A stretch of 64,000 bases of DNA from Antedon mediterranea. Its lineage: Eukaryota > Animalia > Echinodermata. The notes beneath the pieces were generated by a model. That model searched no databases. It was not told the DNA's origin and worked only from the letters and a program-made list of their open reading frames with translations. A program made the position numbers and the translations under genes. Positions 34,101-64,000 of the stretch are shown here, one piece after another (the stretch's first letter is position 1; each line of letters starts with the position of its first letter). Where the stretch lies: contig NC_092670.1 of the NCBI RefSeq assembly GCF_964355755.1, forward strand, positions 17,718,795 through 17,782,794, in the 5' to 3' direction.

Positions 34101-37100
34101 TCCACTTACATGAGCAGTTCAAGAAAAAGTATGGTCTAAAGAAAGCCATTAAATTTAAGGTATACTTTTTTTTTAACAAAACTACTTAAAAAAACTGACC
34201 ATCTGCAGGTTGTAGGTTCCCAGAGCACAAATAGTGTAACAGCAAGGTAACAGCTCTAAAGGGCTGTTCGCTCCTTCTCCCAAATAATGTTTTAGCTGCA
34301 ATCACTTTCCTTGCTTTATGAAAACAAGAGTCACTAATGCTTTATGCCCAAACTGGAGCCGGATCAGAGCAGATGTGAAATACCCTTAATTCTGTACCCC
34401 TCTCTAAACTCTAAATCAGTAGGCCTAATTTAACAAGTTGGATGTTTGTTGAATTAACGATTTTAAAATTAATATGGAATATTTTTTCACAGAATATTCA
34501 AGAAGGTTTAAAGATATGTGCAATACGTGGCCTGGTTGCTGCATTCCAAACCCTAGCCCGCAAGGTAGCGCCCTCTAGGCTTGGCAAACAGGATGAATTC
34601 GGACTGTCCTTACTTCATTACGCTGCCCTCAACAACCGACCTCAGATCATACAACTTCTTGTCGTTCAAAGTCAAGATATAAATGTTCGACGGAATTACA
34701 ACATAACGTCTATAGGTATGTACAGTAGGTAAATGACTAGTGGTTCTGTAGCTTGGTACTTACCATACTTGCTTACCAACTTGAGGTCCTAGGTTCAAAT
34801 CTCGTTGAAATTTTCTTAATTACCAGGATGTAGATTGTGAGTAAACAGGTGCTTTTAGTTGCAATGACCCCTGTTTTGAAAATGGAGAAACCAAGCAGTA
34901 TCTTGTTTCTGAAGGTCTTGCTACTGACTTATACTGTAGATAAATTACCTTTTTTTTGCTCCTACATCGTGTTTCCGATACTGCTGAATGCTTGATGATC
35001 ACTGACTGCTATGTTTAGGATGAGTTAGCTTCTTTAATATCATTTCAACTACAGTATTTAGATTTTTCAAATTACATGTAATGTTTTTACTAGTTTTACA
35101 TTATTAAGCTCTGTCTACACTATCAAACCAGTTTGACAAAAAAAGTGTGATGTGTCCAAATATGGTAGTGGTATGCCCAAATATGGTAGTGATATGCCCA
35201 AATATGGTAGTGATATGACATCATCATGTCCATATATCGGGCACATCACATTTTTGTCACATAAACTTTGATATTGTAGACCGAGCTTTAATTTATTCCA
35301 ATAACTTTATTTTTTACAAATACTTTTAAATGAAATATTAATTTGAGATATCTGTAAGTGTTGATATACTCTACATGTTTAATGCCAGTAATCTGCATTG
35401 TTTGTTCATCATTAATTTTCTTATATCTTTATTTGCTTAACGCAGGCGATGGATTATGTGGTGGTAAGTCTGTCCTTAAATGACCTTGCTTTGACATTTA
35501 CACGTTTTGAGATTAAAGTCCAACCATTGGTTGTCCACAGTGCGACATTAATTACCTTGTTGTACCAACACTATAATTCTTTTCAAATAAGATGGCATGC
35601 CATATATTTATGCAAATATTGATTTTCAATCGTTTTCTAGTCCCCTGGATAGGTGGTGGAACAGTTTTAAAACCAAATCATACTAAAAATGAATATTATT
35701 ATCACAGTGATTTAAGTTTTTGTGTGTGTCACGTGTGCTATTTGAAGTTTGTTTGTGCACGTTTAAAATGTTCTACATTTCTAACATTTTAAAAGTTAAT
35801 TATTTTTATAATAATTAGAGGAAATAAACGGTATTTTTTTCCATCTGTGTAACCAATTAATAATCACATTTTTTAATATTAGATGTTAAATGTTATTCTG
35901 TACAGATATTTTGATATACGACATTATTCAGTTTCACAGTAATGTTTAATACTTTTTTATGTAGATGACAATGAAAATGGTGATTTTGAAAAAAGGGGTA
36001 AACTTGTAAATTTTACTCAGTACATTATCACCGTAAATAGACACACACTGTCATTGCTTGTACACTCCAGGCATTTTGAAACATTTCATTATTCTTATTT
36101 TTAGAAACAAGTTCTTGATACTTATCTTTTTTATCCTCATTTTAAAAACATATAGGCGTTCAATATATATTCTTTCACCAATTCATGAAATTTCTCATGA
36201 CAGTATTTTAGACATTTGTTTTCATGGTATTTTTTACACTGTAATTTCATCTTTACTTTTCTAGTCTTTTCTAAGCTCTGTCTACACTATAAAACTAGTT
36301 TGACCAAAAAAGTGTGATGAGCCCAAATACGGTAGTAATATGACATCACATAACATACACAGATGACAATACTGGATGTCAATCATTTGCATGAACAAAT
36401 TAGTTATAATGATTTTCATTCTGTGTTTTTTTTTTCACTTTTAAATTTAAAAGATTGATTGTTCCGTAATTTAAACGTCCTTTTCTACATTTTATTTGAT
36501 TAAATCTTAAATTAAAGTACAGATTGATTGTGGGTCAGATGAAAGAAGCAGTGGTTAAAGCAGGGAGTTGTAAAATAGATTATTATTTATTTTACAACTC
36601 CCTGGTTAAAGTCAGTAGTTGATTGTTTATTGGTGTGACACCGTGCCTTTTAGTCACCATGGTCTTCCAACCTATTTTGGCACACTTAAAGCCTATGCAT
36701 GTGCTATTTTGAATCAAATAAAATGTTATCATTTTTTAAATATGTATGGACAGACAAACGAACCAAAAACAATACTTGTTGCATTTGATCTAATAAATTC
36801 CTTCTAAAAGCGAATTTTATTGTTCTATTTTTAGGTCCTACTCCTTTGCACTATGCAGCCAGATGTGGCTCACTTGAAGCTGCTCTGTGTTTGATATGTA
36901 ACCATGCCGACTCAACCCTGGGAGATCAAGATGGCTGGGCGGCCATTCATCATGCTGCATTCTTTGATCACGCATCAATAATGAGGCTTGTCATACGAAA
37001 ATTTGAAAATCAGGTTGAATTAGAAACTTATGATAAGTAAGTAAAATTTTGTTGCAGACAAAAAAAAAATCTTAAGGTCAAAGGTAAAAACATAGATACA

Positions 37101-40100
37101 TATATTTTGCATATGAGTACTTTACCGTTAAGTATTGTTTTTACATTAAATACTGATTGGAGTTAGCAGAGTGTTTCAAATGTTAAGTAAATAAGTAACA
37201 ACAAATTAATTGAGTTGAATAATGTTTTTTGAATAAACAAGACAGTCAGATTTTCTTTTGAGTACAAAGGTTGAATGAAATACAGAAATTGATGTAATGT
37301 GTTTATTAAAGAATATTTAATTTTATGCAGATTACGTCAAACACCACTTCTGTTAGCAGCGAGTAGTGGCGCCCTCGAGTCTGTGAAGATCCTTATAGGG
37401 TTAGGGGCCAACATCAAGCGTCGAGATACAGAGGGAAACAACATGGTACAATTGGCAGCATTGAGATTCCACACAAACGTGCTGGAATACTTCATTGATT
37501 GGGATCACCAAGATGCACCTGTATGGAAGACATTAGTAGGTAAGGTCTGGTGGTCATTTTGAAATTTGATCTCACGAAGATTAAAGGGTTCGACTCAGCA
37601 ATTCATCATTATTCACATGTATCCCATCATCCACTTGTATCCCATCATACACATGTATCCCATCATTCATACTGTATTTATCCCATCATACACATGTATC
37701 CCATCATTCATACATTATGTATCCCATCATACACATGTATCCCATCATTCATACTGTATTTATCCCATCATATACATGTAGCCCATCATTCATACATTAT
37801 GTATCCCATCATCCACATGTATCCCATCATTCATACATTATAGATCCCATCATTTACACTGTATGTATCCCATCACTTACACTGTATGTATCCCATCATA
37901 CACATGTATCCCATAATTCATACATTATGTATCCCATCATACACATGTATCCCATCATTCATACTGTATTTATCCCATCATATACATGTATCCCATCATT
38001 CATACATTATGTATCCCATCATCCACATGTATCCCATCATTCATACATTATAGATCCCATCATTTACACTGTATTTATCCCATCATCCACATGTATCCCA
38101 TCATACACATGACATCTTTTTCCCATATATACAGTATGTAGGGTTCAGTTAAGTAAATTCAATTTTCTTTTATTGTCGTTGTAGGAATGTTGACGTCAGG
38201 CGACTTTGTGAAAATGGACAGTGCTGTACGCTCACTAGAAGTGCTCACAACATCATCTAAAACATATGCTAAATTAATTTTAGATGCAGGTAAAGTTCAA
38301 ATTATGCCAAAATATGCTTGTTAATTTTTAGAAATTGTCTAAAATTCCAAGGCCCTTAATTGTCCATCTTTTGTTTTCATCAATATATTTATTGGAAGCA
38401 TCAGTTTAGTTTAGTTGTTGAAGAAAATCTATTTGTATTTGTATGTTTTATTTGCTTACTTTCAGATGGCATCCCTGCGTTAGTAGATCTACTCAAGTTG
38501 AATTCAGAGGAGATGCAATCTCTAGCTGGCGCTGTTCTCTGCAACATATCGCACTTGAAAGAAGTACGAAGAGCAATTGCCAAAGCAAATGCGATTCCAA
38601 TTCTAATAAATCTGCTCTCATCTCCATTGGACGACATCCAATCACGAAGTGTGATACTTCTTTCTGATCTTGCCAGCGTAGACAAAAACCAATCACAAGT
38701 GAGCGACAATGATGGGATACCAGCCATCATTAAACTATTTGATGCAGAGCTTGAGGACGTGTTAGTTGAAGCAGTACACTGCGTACGTGTTTTGTGCACG
38801 CAGCATTACACTAACCAAACACTGGTGGCAACTCATGGCGGCTTTGACCCATTGGTTGAGTTTCTTCAAGTAACTAATTCACGTAAGTTAACTCATCAAC
38901 TTTTCAATCAACAATTTAACGAACATGGATATTTTCCTGAATGATTGCAAAATCAAAACGATACTGGGTAACGATCAACTAGCGTTCATGTTACCAACTA
39001 GTTAGTCATCCATTCATAGAAAGTACTCATAAAGGAGGACTGCAGAGATAGCTATTAAAATAGTCCATATAACTTGGATAAGCTCAGCTAATCAAACCAT
39101 TTTGTTTGTGTATATTTACAGATGTTCTCCAGGCAGCATCGGCTGCAGCTTTGGCTGCCTTAACTGCCAGTCACCAGGACAATCAAAACTTAGCTGTAAG
39201 CAAGGGTGCAGTTGAGCCTCTGGTGAAGCTTGTCAAATGCAGAAATATGACTGTGCAGGTGAAAGCTGCTGCAGCCCTGGAATCTCTGGCTCTTAACAAT
39301 GCTAACAGCCAAACTGCTATCCTTGAGTTAAAGGCTCAATCTCCACTTATTAGATTACTAAAGGTAGCATTACCACATTTTGAAGTGCAACTTTCCTTTC
39401 TTTACAAATATACATGCAAACATAACTTTAGCATACTAATTACTTTCATTTTTTAATTTAGAAATGTTTAACCTTTATTAAGAAAATATGAATCTGTATC
39501 TCCAATTTTTAGTTAACATTTTTAATGTGTTATGCATTATTTGTCTTTTATCAAAACATCTTCATTATATAACCTGTTTTCAATGAAATACTTTCAGTTG
39601 TAATTTGTTATTAACAGTTGAGGTATCTATTTAGAAATATAATAGGAAAAATTACACAATCATTTCTAATTCTTCTTACTTACTGATGGCAATTTTAATG
39701 TTTAAATAATACAGATATGGTCTTTAGATGTCAAGGAGCAGGCTGCCTGCACTCTCTGGGCATTAGCTGGTGATACCACCACCCAGCAGAGAATGATTGC
39801 AGAAGGTATTGGAATCAGTGGAATCATTGATCTAATTGTTAAGTCTGAAAAACTCCAGTTTGTTGGTAAGGCTATTTAAAGATCTGTCTTTATTATAAAG
39901 CTTTATGTGATGTGCCCATATATGGACATGATGATATGGCATATCACTACCATATTTAGGCATATAACTACCATATTTGTATGTGTTATTTATTAGGATG
40001 CATGGCCATGATTGCTTTAACCAGAGCCAACATTGGTCATCAATTAAAATTCAAGGAAGAAGAAGGAATTCTTCCGTTGGTTCGTATTTTACGATCATCC

Positions 40101-42598
40101 AAAACCTCTGAACGAGTTTTGTTAACTGTCATCAGATCGTTGGGAACACTCTGTAGTGGTTTGTACTTTGACATTTTATCATAGAAAACTAACTAATTGT
40201 TTATATTTTATGTACTGTATATGTTTCCTTTCATTCTTATATTTTTTACGAATATACACATATCTACACAACCCTAATGAATTAAGTTCCCACTTCTGTG
40301 TTTGGCCATTGGCTCCTGTTTTCTTCTTGGGCTATATGTTTCTGTGGATGGTTTGTTTTAAAGTGGGAACAGCACGGTCAATATTCGCATTCAACAAATA
40401 AATAATAGATAAAGTATTTTGTTACAGATTTATGTTTTAAATGTTTCTCAAACAGTGGCGGTGAATCCAGAAAATTGAGATTAGTAATGTCTAAGCTTAA
40501 AGTACCTTCATGAACTGTTATTATTTTCTTTTGTTTACTTCTGAAAGGTGTTGCTCACTGTAACAACAAGGCAATGCAGGCTAAAATCGCTGAAGAAAAC
40601 ACAATTCAGACATTAGCACAATTATTGAGGGCGTCAAATAACGATATGATTAAAGTTGAGATCGCTATAACGCTTGGGTACATCATGCTTGGCAACAAAG
40701 AAAATGAAGTGTTGTTGAAGAACGAACCGGCTTTTAATATTAGTCTGCTGTTAGACTTGCAGAAATCTGATGATCAGGTTTGTAAAATAGTATTTTAAAA
40801 AGGGTCTATCGTCTTCAAATCATATCTCTGTTCAGGATTTTTCTTAATGTTAATAAAATTTAATTGTTAGACACGCATCTATTTAATGTGACTGGTTCAT
40901 CAGTTATTTCTTTGGACATTTAAGAAGCTGAAAGTTAAGTTTCAAGTTGACAATGCTCTGGATTTTAGTTCTTATGTCTGAAGAATATTGACATTAAGTG
41001 CATTACTGATGTAAAACAACTGTATCTGTTTCCGTAGATGGTGTGTCTCAAAGCGGGAACAGCATTGTCAACATTTGCATTCAACAACACCAATCAGCAG
41101 TCCATTATGAGGAATGCTGGTGGTATCCGAATGTCAACTTTTCAGAAGTTTTTGGATTCTCCCAACGAAGTCTTTCAATCAAATGCTGCCTTCCAGGTAT
41201 TAAATAACTTATTAGTTATTTATTTCCATAATAATTTTATTATAAAATAGTTATGTAGAAAATGTTGTGTTAGATACTAGACTATTAAGCAACAACAAAA
41301 AAACACTCAGTATTTTTCATTATTTTTGGTATTGTTTAGATTGTAATTTTAGCCAGAGTAATTGTGGATGAGGACCAGGTGACCTTGTCTGCTCTTGGGG
41401 TCACATCGCTTGTCAGGCTGCTGACCTCTGAAAGTGATGATACCAATATTCTTGCAGGTAATTGTATGACATCATTACTATGACAAGGTGTAGCAAGATA
41501 GATAAATAGTAATATACTGTGTTAAACAATATCTTATGTATGTATCTTTTTAGGGAATCTTCTGGCTAGCCTGGCACATACTCGAGCAGGGATCACCGAT
41601 GCCATGATCATATCAGGAGCCGTGGATGTCCTGATCAGCCACCTTCACTCTCCTAACATTGAAGTACGCTCAGCTGTAGCAGTTGCCCTCGGTTATCTGA
41701 CGTTCAATCGCAAAGCAACTCGTATCCTGCTCAGTGCCTGCCGTAACCGACCTGGATTGTTTGAGCAACTGATGAACAATCTTGGTCCCAATGGAAAGAT
41801 ATCGACAGATCTCACTGATGAATTCAGGATTGCCAAGAAGGTTGGCTTACCAGCATTTAGGTTTGTATTTACCATAAATTCACAGACGAGAAAATGTTCA
41901 ACAATTATGGCTATATGAGCGATCATTGGCTAAACCCAGGCACCCCAGAGCCTAGGGGATAATAGGGGCATAAGCAGCCCCAATGCAACCCAGCATCTGA
42001 GGGCCCCTTAGAGTGCTAAATGCCTTTTCCCCCTCCCTGATTACAGAATAGATAACTACAGTATATCATGCTTTAAACTAACGTCTCATTTGAAACTTAG
42101 GAAGTCGGATCCGTTTCTTTAAAATTGTCTAAAACTCGCTCAGTATCTTCTCAAGTTTGAATCTATATATAATAATAATAATAATGTTGTATTTATTTTC
42201 TTAGTTTGGAAATTTATGGAGGACCACCAGCTGTGCCACCACCAAGACCAAGAACAGGTACATTTGAAAGTTATTTTTTGGCATACACCTACTAGTCTAC
42301 ATTGAAAGTGTATAACTGGTCCACTTGACATCAATAATGTGTTTTCTTTACAGGCAAGCTTAGGCGGCCACAGACAACCATGAGTTTGCTACAAAGAGGA
42401 AGTAAAAGCAGGGTCAACCCAAGGTCAACATCAGCACCAGCTCTTGGCAGAAGTTATACAACAACAAAGACAGGTCCTCACAGAAGAGTACCTGAATCCA
42501 CTGAAATTCAAATTATTGTGCCATTGAATGCAAGGGTTGGCAAGACTAGGAATATCAATAAAAACACTGCTACCATGTCTTATCAAAGCAAAACGTAA
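31137..42598 (+). CDS. ANKAR: Ankyrin and armadillo repeat-containing protein, multi-exon
   Basis: N-terminal FEKYER...REIHQIVRELVVGIYGLNQVPSVFLEANFD...PPAYNDTRVGQLLINVDYMIKALWHG resembles ANKAR as recalled. Ankyrin repeats (GLSLLHYAA, TPLHYAA, TPLLLAA) are followed by ARM repeats. Confidence 0.92.
32380..32585 (+). mobile_element. tRNA-derived SINE (related pieces ~27720-27810 and ~34735-34810)
   Basis: A-box-like tggtttggtggtt and B-box ggttcaattcc; body tttatgtagagcatcttgtg...ccttggcaat is shared with 27730-27790; A-rich tail. Confidence 0.65.
35105..35290. mobile_element. MITE family B (TIR AAGCTCTGTCTACACTATCAAA); other copies ~36273-36350, 39878-39980, 55195-55331
   Basis: taagctctgtctacactatcaaa...tttgatattgtagaccgagcttta; internal cccaaatatggtagtg repeats. 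Confidence 0.8.
36561..36604. mobile_element. 44-bp palindromic micro-MITE with flanking duplication GTTAAAG
   Basis: cagggagttgtaaaata...tattttacaactccctg; gttaaag at 36554-36560 and 36605-36611. Confidence 0.65.
37600..38110. repeat. Intronic minisatellite (atcccatcat + variable spacer)
   Basis: gtatcccatcatacacat / gtatcccatcattcatac recurring every 18-25 bp. Confidence 0.9.
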
Positions 42599-44459
42599 CA
42601 AATTTTTATTAAAGTCAACCTAACTCACCAATTATAGGATACTTTGCCCAGTGCTTTCTAAACTTGGTAAAGGACTTAAAAAGAGGTAGCTGCAAAAAAA
42701 CTTGTAGGACAGAGTCTGATTTGGACACAGAATTCGAAATTAAAGGAATGATCACCAAAAGTGCCACTTTTCCTGTATTATTTATCAGTTAATTGATGTT
42801 GTGTCTTGCGATGCATTATGGGTATTGTCAAGATTATCTAGTTATTAATGTATTGTTATGCAGTATTGTAGGTTCTAGACTGCTTTTTTACTTACTATTT
42901 TATATTAATACTTAGAGAGACAAAAGATTAAACACCAACTGGAATACTAAGTATAAAAAAGACAATAACTACAGACTTGAGGAAAGTCTAGTAGGCCTAC
43001 TATTATGTAATAATGTTTGTATATATACTTTTATATTTTATTCTTGCATTATATCTGTGCAATCATCCTCTTTACCTTGACTAAATATATATTTTTTTAT
43101 GTAACTATATCTCTATAATGTAAGTCGTTAGCGCCGAAGCCTTTGCACTCTATCTCATAAACCAGGCCATCCATACTGGGGCATCTTCCCATGAAACATG
43201 TTTTTAGGACCAATCAAACATTCAAGTTGCCAAAAGGTCAAAGCCAGTAACTGTCTATCTTAATAATGGTAAAACCAGAGAATAGTAAAATTTAATTTTA
43301 CACTTCCCTAGTACAATTGTCACACATTCCAGTTGTGGTAAAATCAAAATTGTTTGTTTTGGTAGCTTAATTTTTAAGGCCAATTTACACAGACAAGCGA
43401 TAACAGTAAGAATCATAGAATCTGTAAATATCCTGGACGAAAACAGTGGCCCGTCGCTTCTCATTGTGTGTAAATGGTCATAAGGAATAACATAGTCTAT
43501 ATATACATATATACTGTAATGATCGTCTCTTTAAATAGGCCTTAAACATGGTACAGCTTTCTTATATATCACCTTATACATGACAGTTGATGTGTTGAAG
43601 ATAATTATGTCTGTAGGTAATTGTATAGTATAGTAATTTAAAAATATTTTAAATATGTAGTATCATGTATAGAGGGATGAATTGTAATGTTTAAGTACAA
43701 TCAATCAATTGTCTGTATCTAGTAATTGAAATAGAATGGAGCAAAACATATTTCAATAATTTGAATTTTGTTAAATCATCTACTTATTTAACTGTTTTAT
43801 CATTTTCATTATATATCCAGTGGTATGTAAAAAGAACAAATAATATATATAATGTGTACATTATAATAATATAATAAATACTATTAAACCAGGGTTTATG
43901 ATGAGTCATGAGATAAATTTGTGGGTTTAAAAAAACTTTAAATTTGCAGATAATCAGTGTAATGTAAAAAAAAAACACAAAAATGAAACTAGAATTGGTA
44001 AGAATCATGTATTTCAATAATAATGACATAAAAAAATATATATTAGTGAACTTCTTGTTTAAATTATAATCTGTGTTTTCAAAAGAATTTTATTTAGCTT
44101 CTATTATAAAAGATAACATTTTTTTTTTTGAAAGAGGTATAGTGTAAAGCAGTCAGTTGATAACGATCTCTGATAGAAACAAAACGTTCTAGTAAGTACT
44201 CCATTTTACACTATAGCTTTTCAAAAAAAGAAAATTATATCGATTATAATCTGTTTTGTTGGTAATGAGTTAATTACAAGTGAAATTAATTATATAAGTT
44301 AATTACAAATGATATTAATTATATATAATACATTTTGTGCATAATTAATTCAATAAATTGTAAAAGTGCATAATCCCTTAGAAAAAAATCTAAAACCTGA
44401 AATTGACATTAAAATACAATAAATAAATAATATTCTAATGTCATAAAATATTGTCTTTC

Positions 44460-46496
<2,037 letters not shown>

Positions 46497-47583
46497 GGCC
46501 AAATCCGAAATCCGCGACAATCATAAATTTGATAAAACCAGTTTTGCGTCATATGTACATAAATTGAGTTTACCTAACCATAAACAACCTTGTTTTATTT
46601 TGGAATTTTAAAGTTGCGCATAATTTTATGATTTCTATTTATTCATTCTATATATGTAAGCGTTATCAGAAGCTTGATCATTAGATTGACCATCAAATTC
46701 AATATATTATGAAAACGGATACCTAACGTTGACGCAAACATAACGTAAGACACACATCATATCCTTAAACGCAATAGAAGTTTTCTCCTTTGGCGATTTG
46801 CGCCCTCTACATACAACATTTGATATTGTTGATCGAAAAAATTGTCGAGTGAACGTTTCAGAGAAACGTGAAAAGCATTTCAAGTTTTTTATCAATACAT
46901 ATTTATCCATTATTTAACATATAGTCAGTAGCTAATAAGTATATTTTATTCTTAATTTGTTGTTCTTTGTTTAAGCTATCAAGTTGATCTTTATGACCGT
47001 CCTAGGCCTAGCTTCTTCTCTCTCTAGGCCTAGGCCTAGTAGTAGGCCTAGCTAGGCTAGCTACTAGTACTAGGCTAGGGTAGGCCTAGACTCTCTAGCC
47101 TGGCATCTGGCCGGGCGCTACTGCTGTTTTGCACCCACCCTACTACTACTAGGCCTATGTATAGTAGCCTAATAATTCAGTCAAGTCTCTCTTGAGTAAT
47201 AGGCCCCACCTAAAAATAGTAGCCTAGGCATAATATTACTACTACTAGCTAGCCCCACCCTGGTCTGAGTAGGTCTCTTAGTCTTAGTCTAACTATGAGT
47301 AGTAGTACTAGTACGTATTAGAATAGAAGTGGGACAGAGAGAGAGAGAGAGGAGGAGGGTTTGATTTGTATCGGAACTACAACAAACAAAGTAGTGAGTG
47401 ACTAGGCCTACAGTATGTCAAGTTTGGATATAGTCCACAATGTGATTGATAATAATAATAATTTTCGTTTTAGTTCATCATTTTTGAGCTTCTTCAGTGT
47501 TGCATTGCTGAACTATACTCAATCTTAAATCAAGATTGTTCGATAATAAAAGTAAAGAAAGGCAGTTGCAAGGAAACATTGAA
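46497..47583. promoter_or_regulatory. Putative bidirectional promoter/5' UTR region, IDI1-DHX8
   Basis: Divergent ATGs about 1.1 kb apart; CpG-richer segments and a CTAG/AGGCCT-rich tract. Confidence 0.5.
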
Positions 47584-63701
<16,118 letters not shown>

Positions 63702-64000
63702 ATCCTTGAAGTTGTTAGAAAGAGCCAAACTCCTGGAGAATATCAAGACATTAGATTAAACGCAATTGAATCCCTGCAGTTGTTAGAAAGAGCCAAACTT
63801 ATGGAGAGAAAATCAACGAAATTAAATCCCGGTAGTTATTAAAAAGAACCCAACTCGTGGAGAATATCAAGACATAGGATTAGACGCAATTAAATCCCTG
63901 AAGTTGTTAGAAAGAGCCAAACTCCTGGAGAATATCAAGACATAAGATTAGACGCAATTAAATCCCTGAAGTTGTTAGAAAAGAACCAAACTTATGGAGA

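Noticed and set aside
34849-34914. Possible third phase-1 ANKAR cassette exon (66 nt, open frame)
   Set aside because: The acceptor lacks a pyrimidine tract and the donor GTCTTG is weak; not supportable without RNA data.
37550-38112. His/Pro/Ile-rich ORFs
   Set aside because: These are translations of an intronic minisatellite in several frames.

Overview
AT-rich, intron-containing animal genomic DNA, probably from a marine invertebrate; the taxon cannot be fixed from this window. Genes in order: the 3' end of cytoplasmic lysyl-tRNA synthetase (KARS1, +), a urea transporter (SLC14A family, -), SARNP/CIP29 (-) head-to-head with ANKAR (+), and IDI1 (-) head-to-head with the splicing helicase DHX8/PRP22 (+). 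Introns and spacers hold a nested LINE/Helentron-type/foldback cluster, a Penelope fragment with a degenerate hammerhead, a Tx1/L1 fragment with a target-site duplication (TSD), MITEs, SINEs and many minisatellites. The most striking pattern is that several tandem arrays are amplified copies of the host gene's own exon boundary. About 100 copies of a 98-bp unit (KARS motif-3 coding sequence plus its splice donor) fill 1-9724. About 22 copies of a 37-bp DHX8 exon-end plus GTAAG donor lie at 57434-58278. Three copies of a 55-bp exon-end plus donor lie in the urea transporter, and a 68-bp unit spans the DHX8 stop codon. All identifications come from manual reading and recalled family motifs; no searches were run and copy numbers are estimates.
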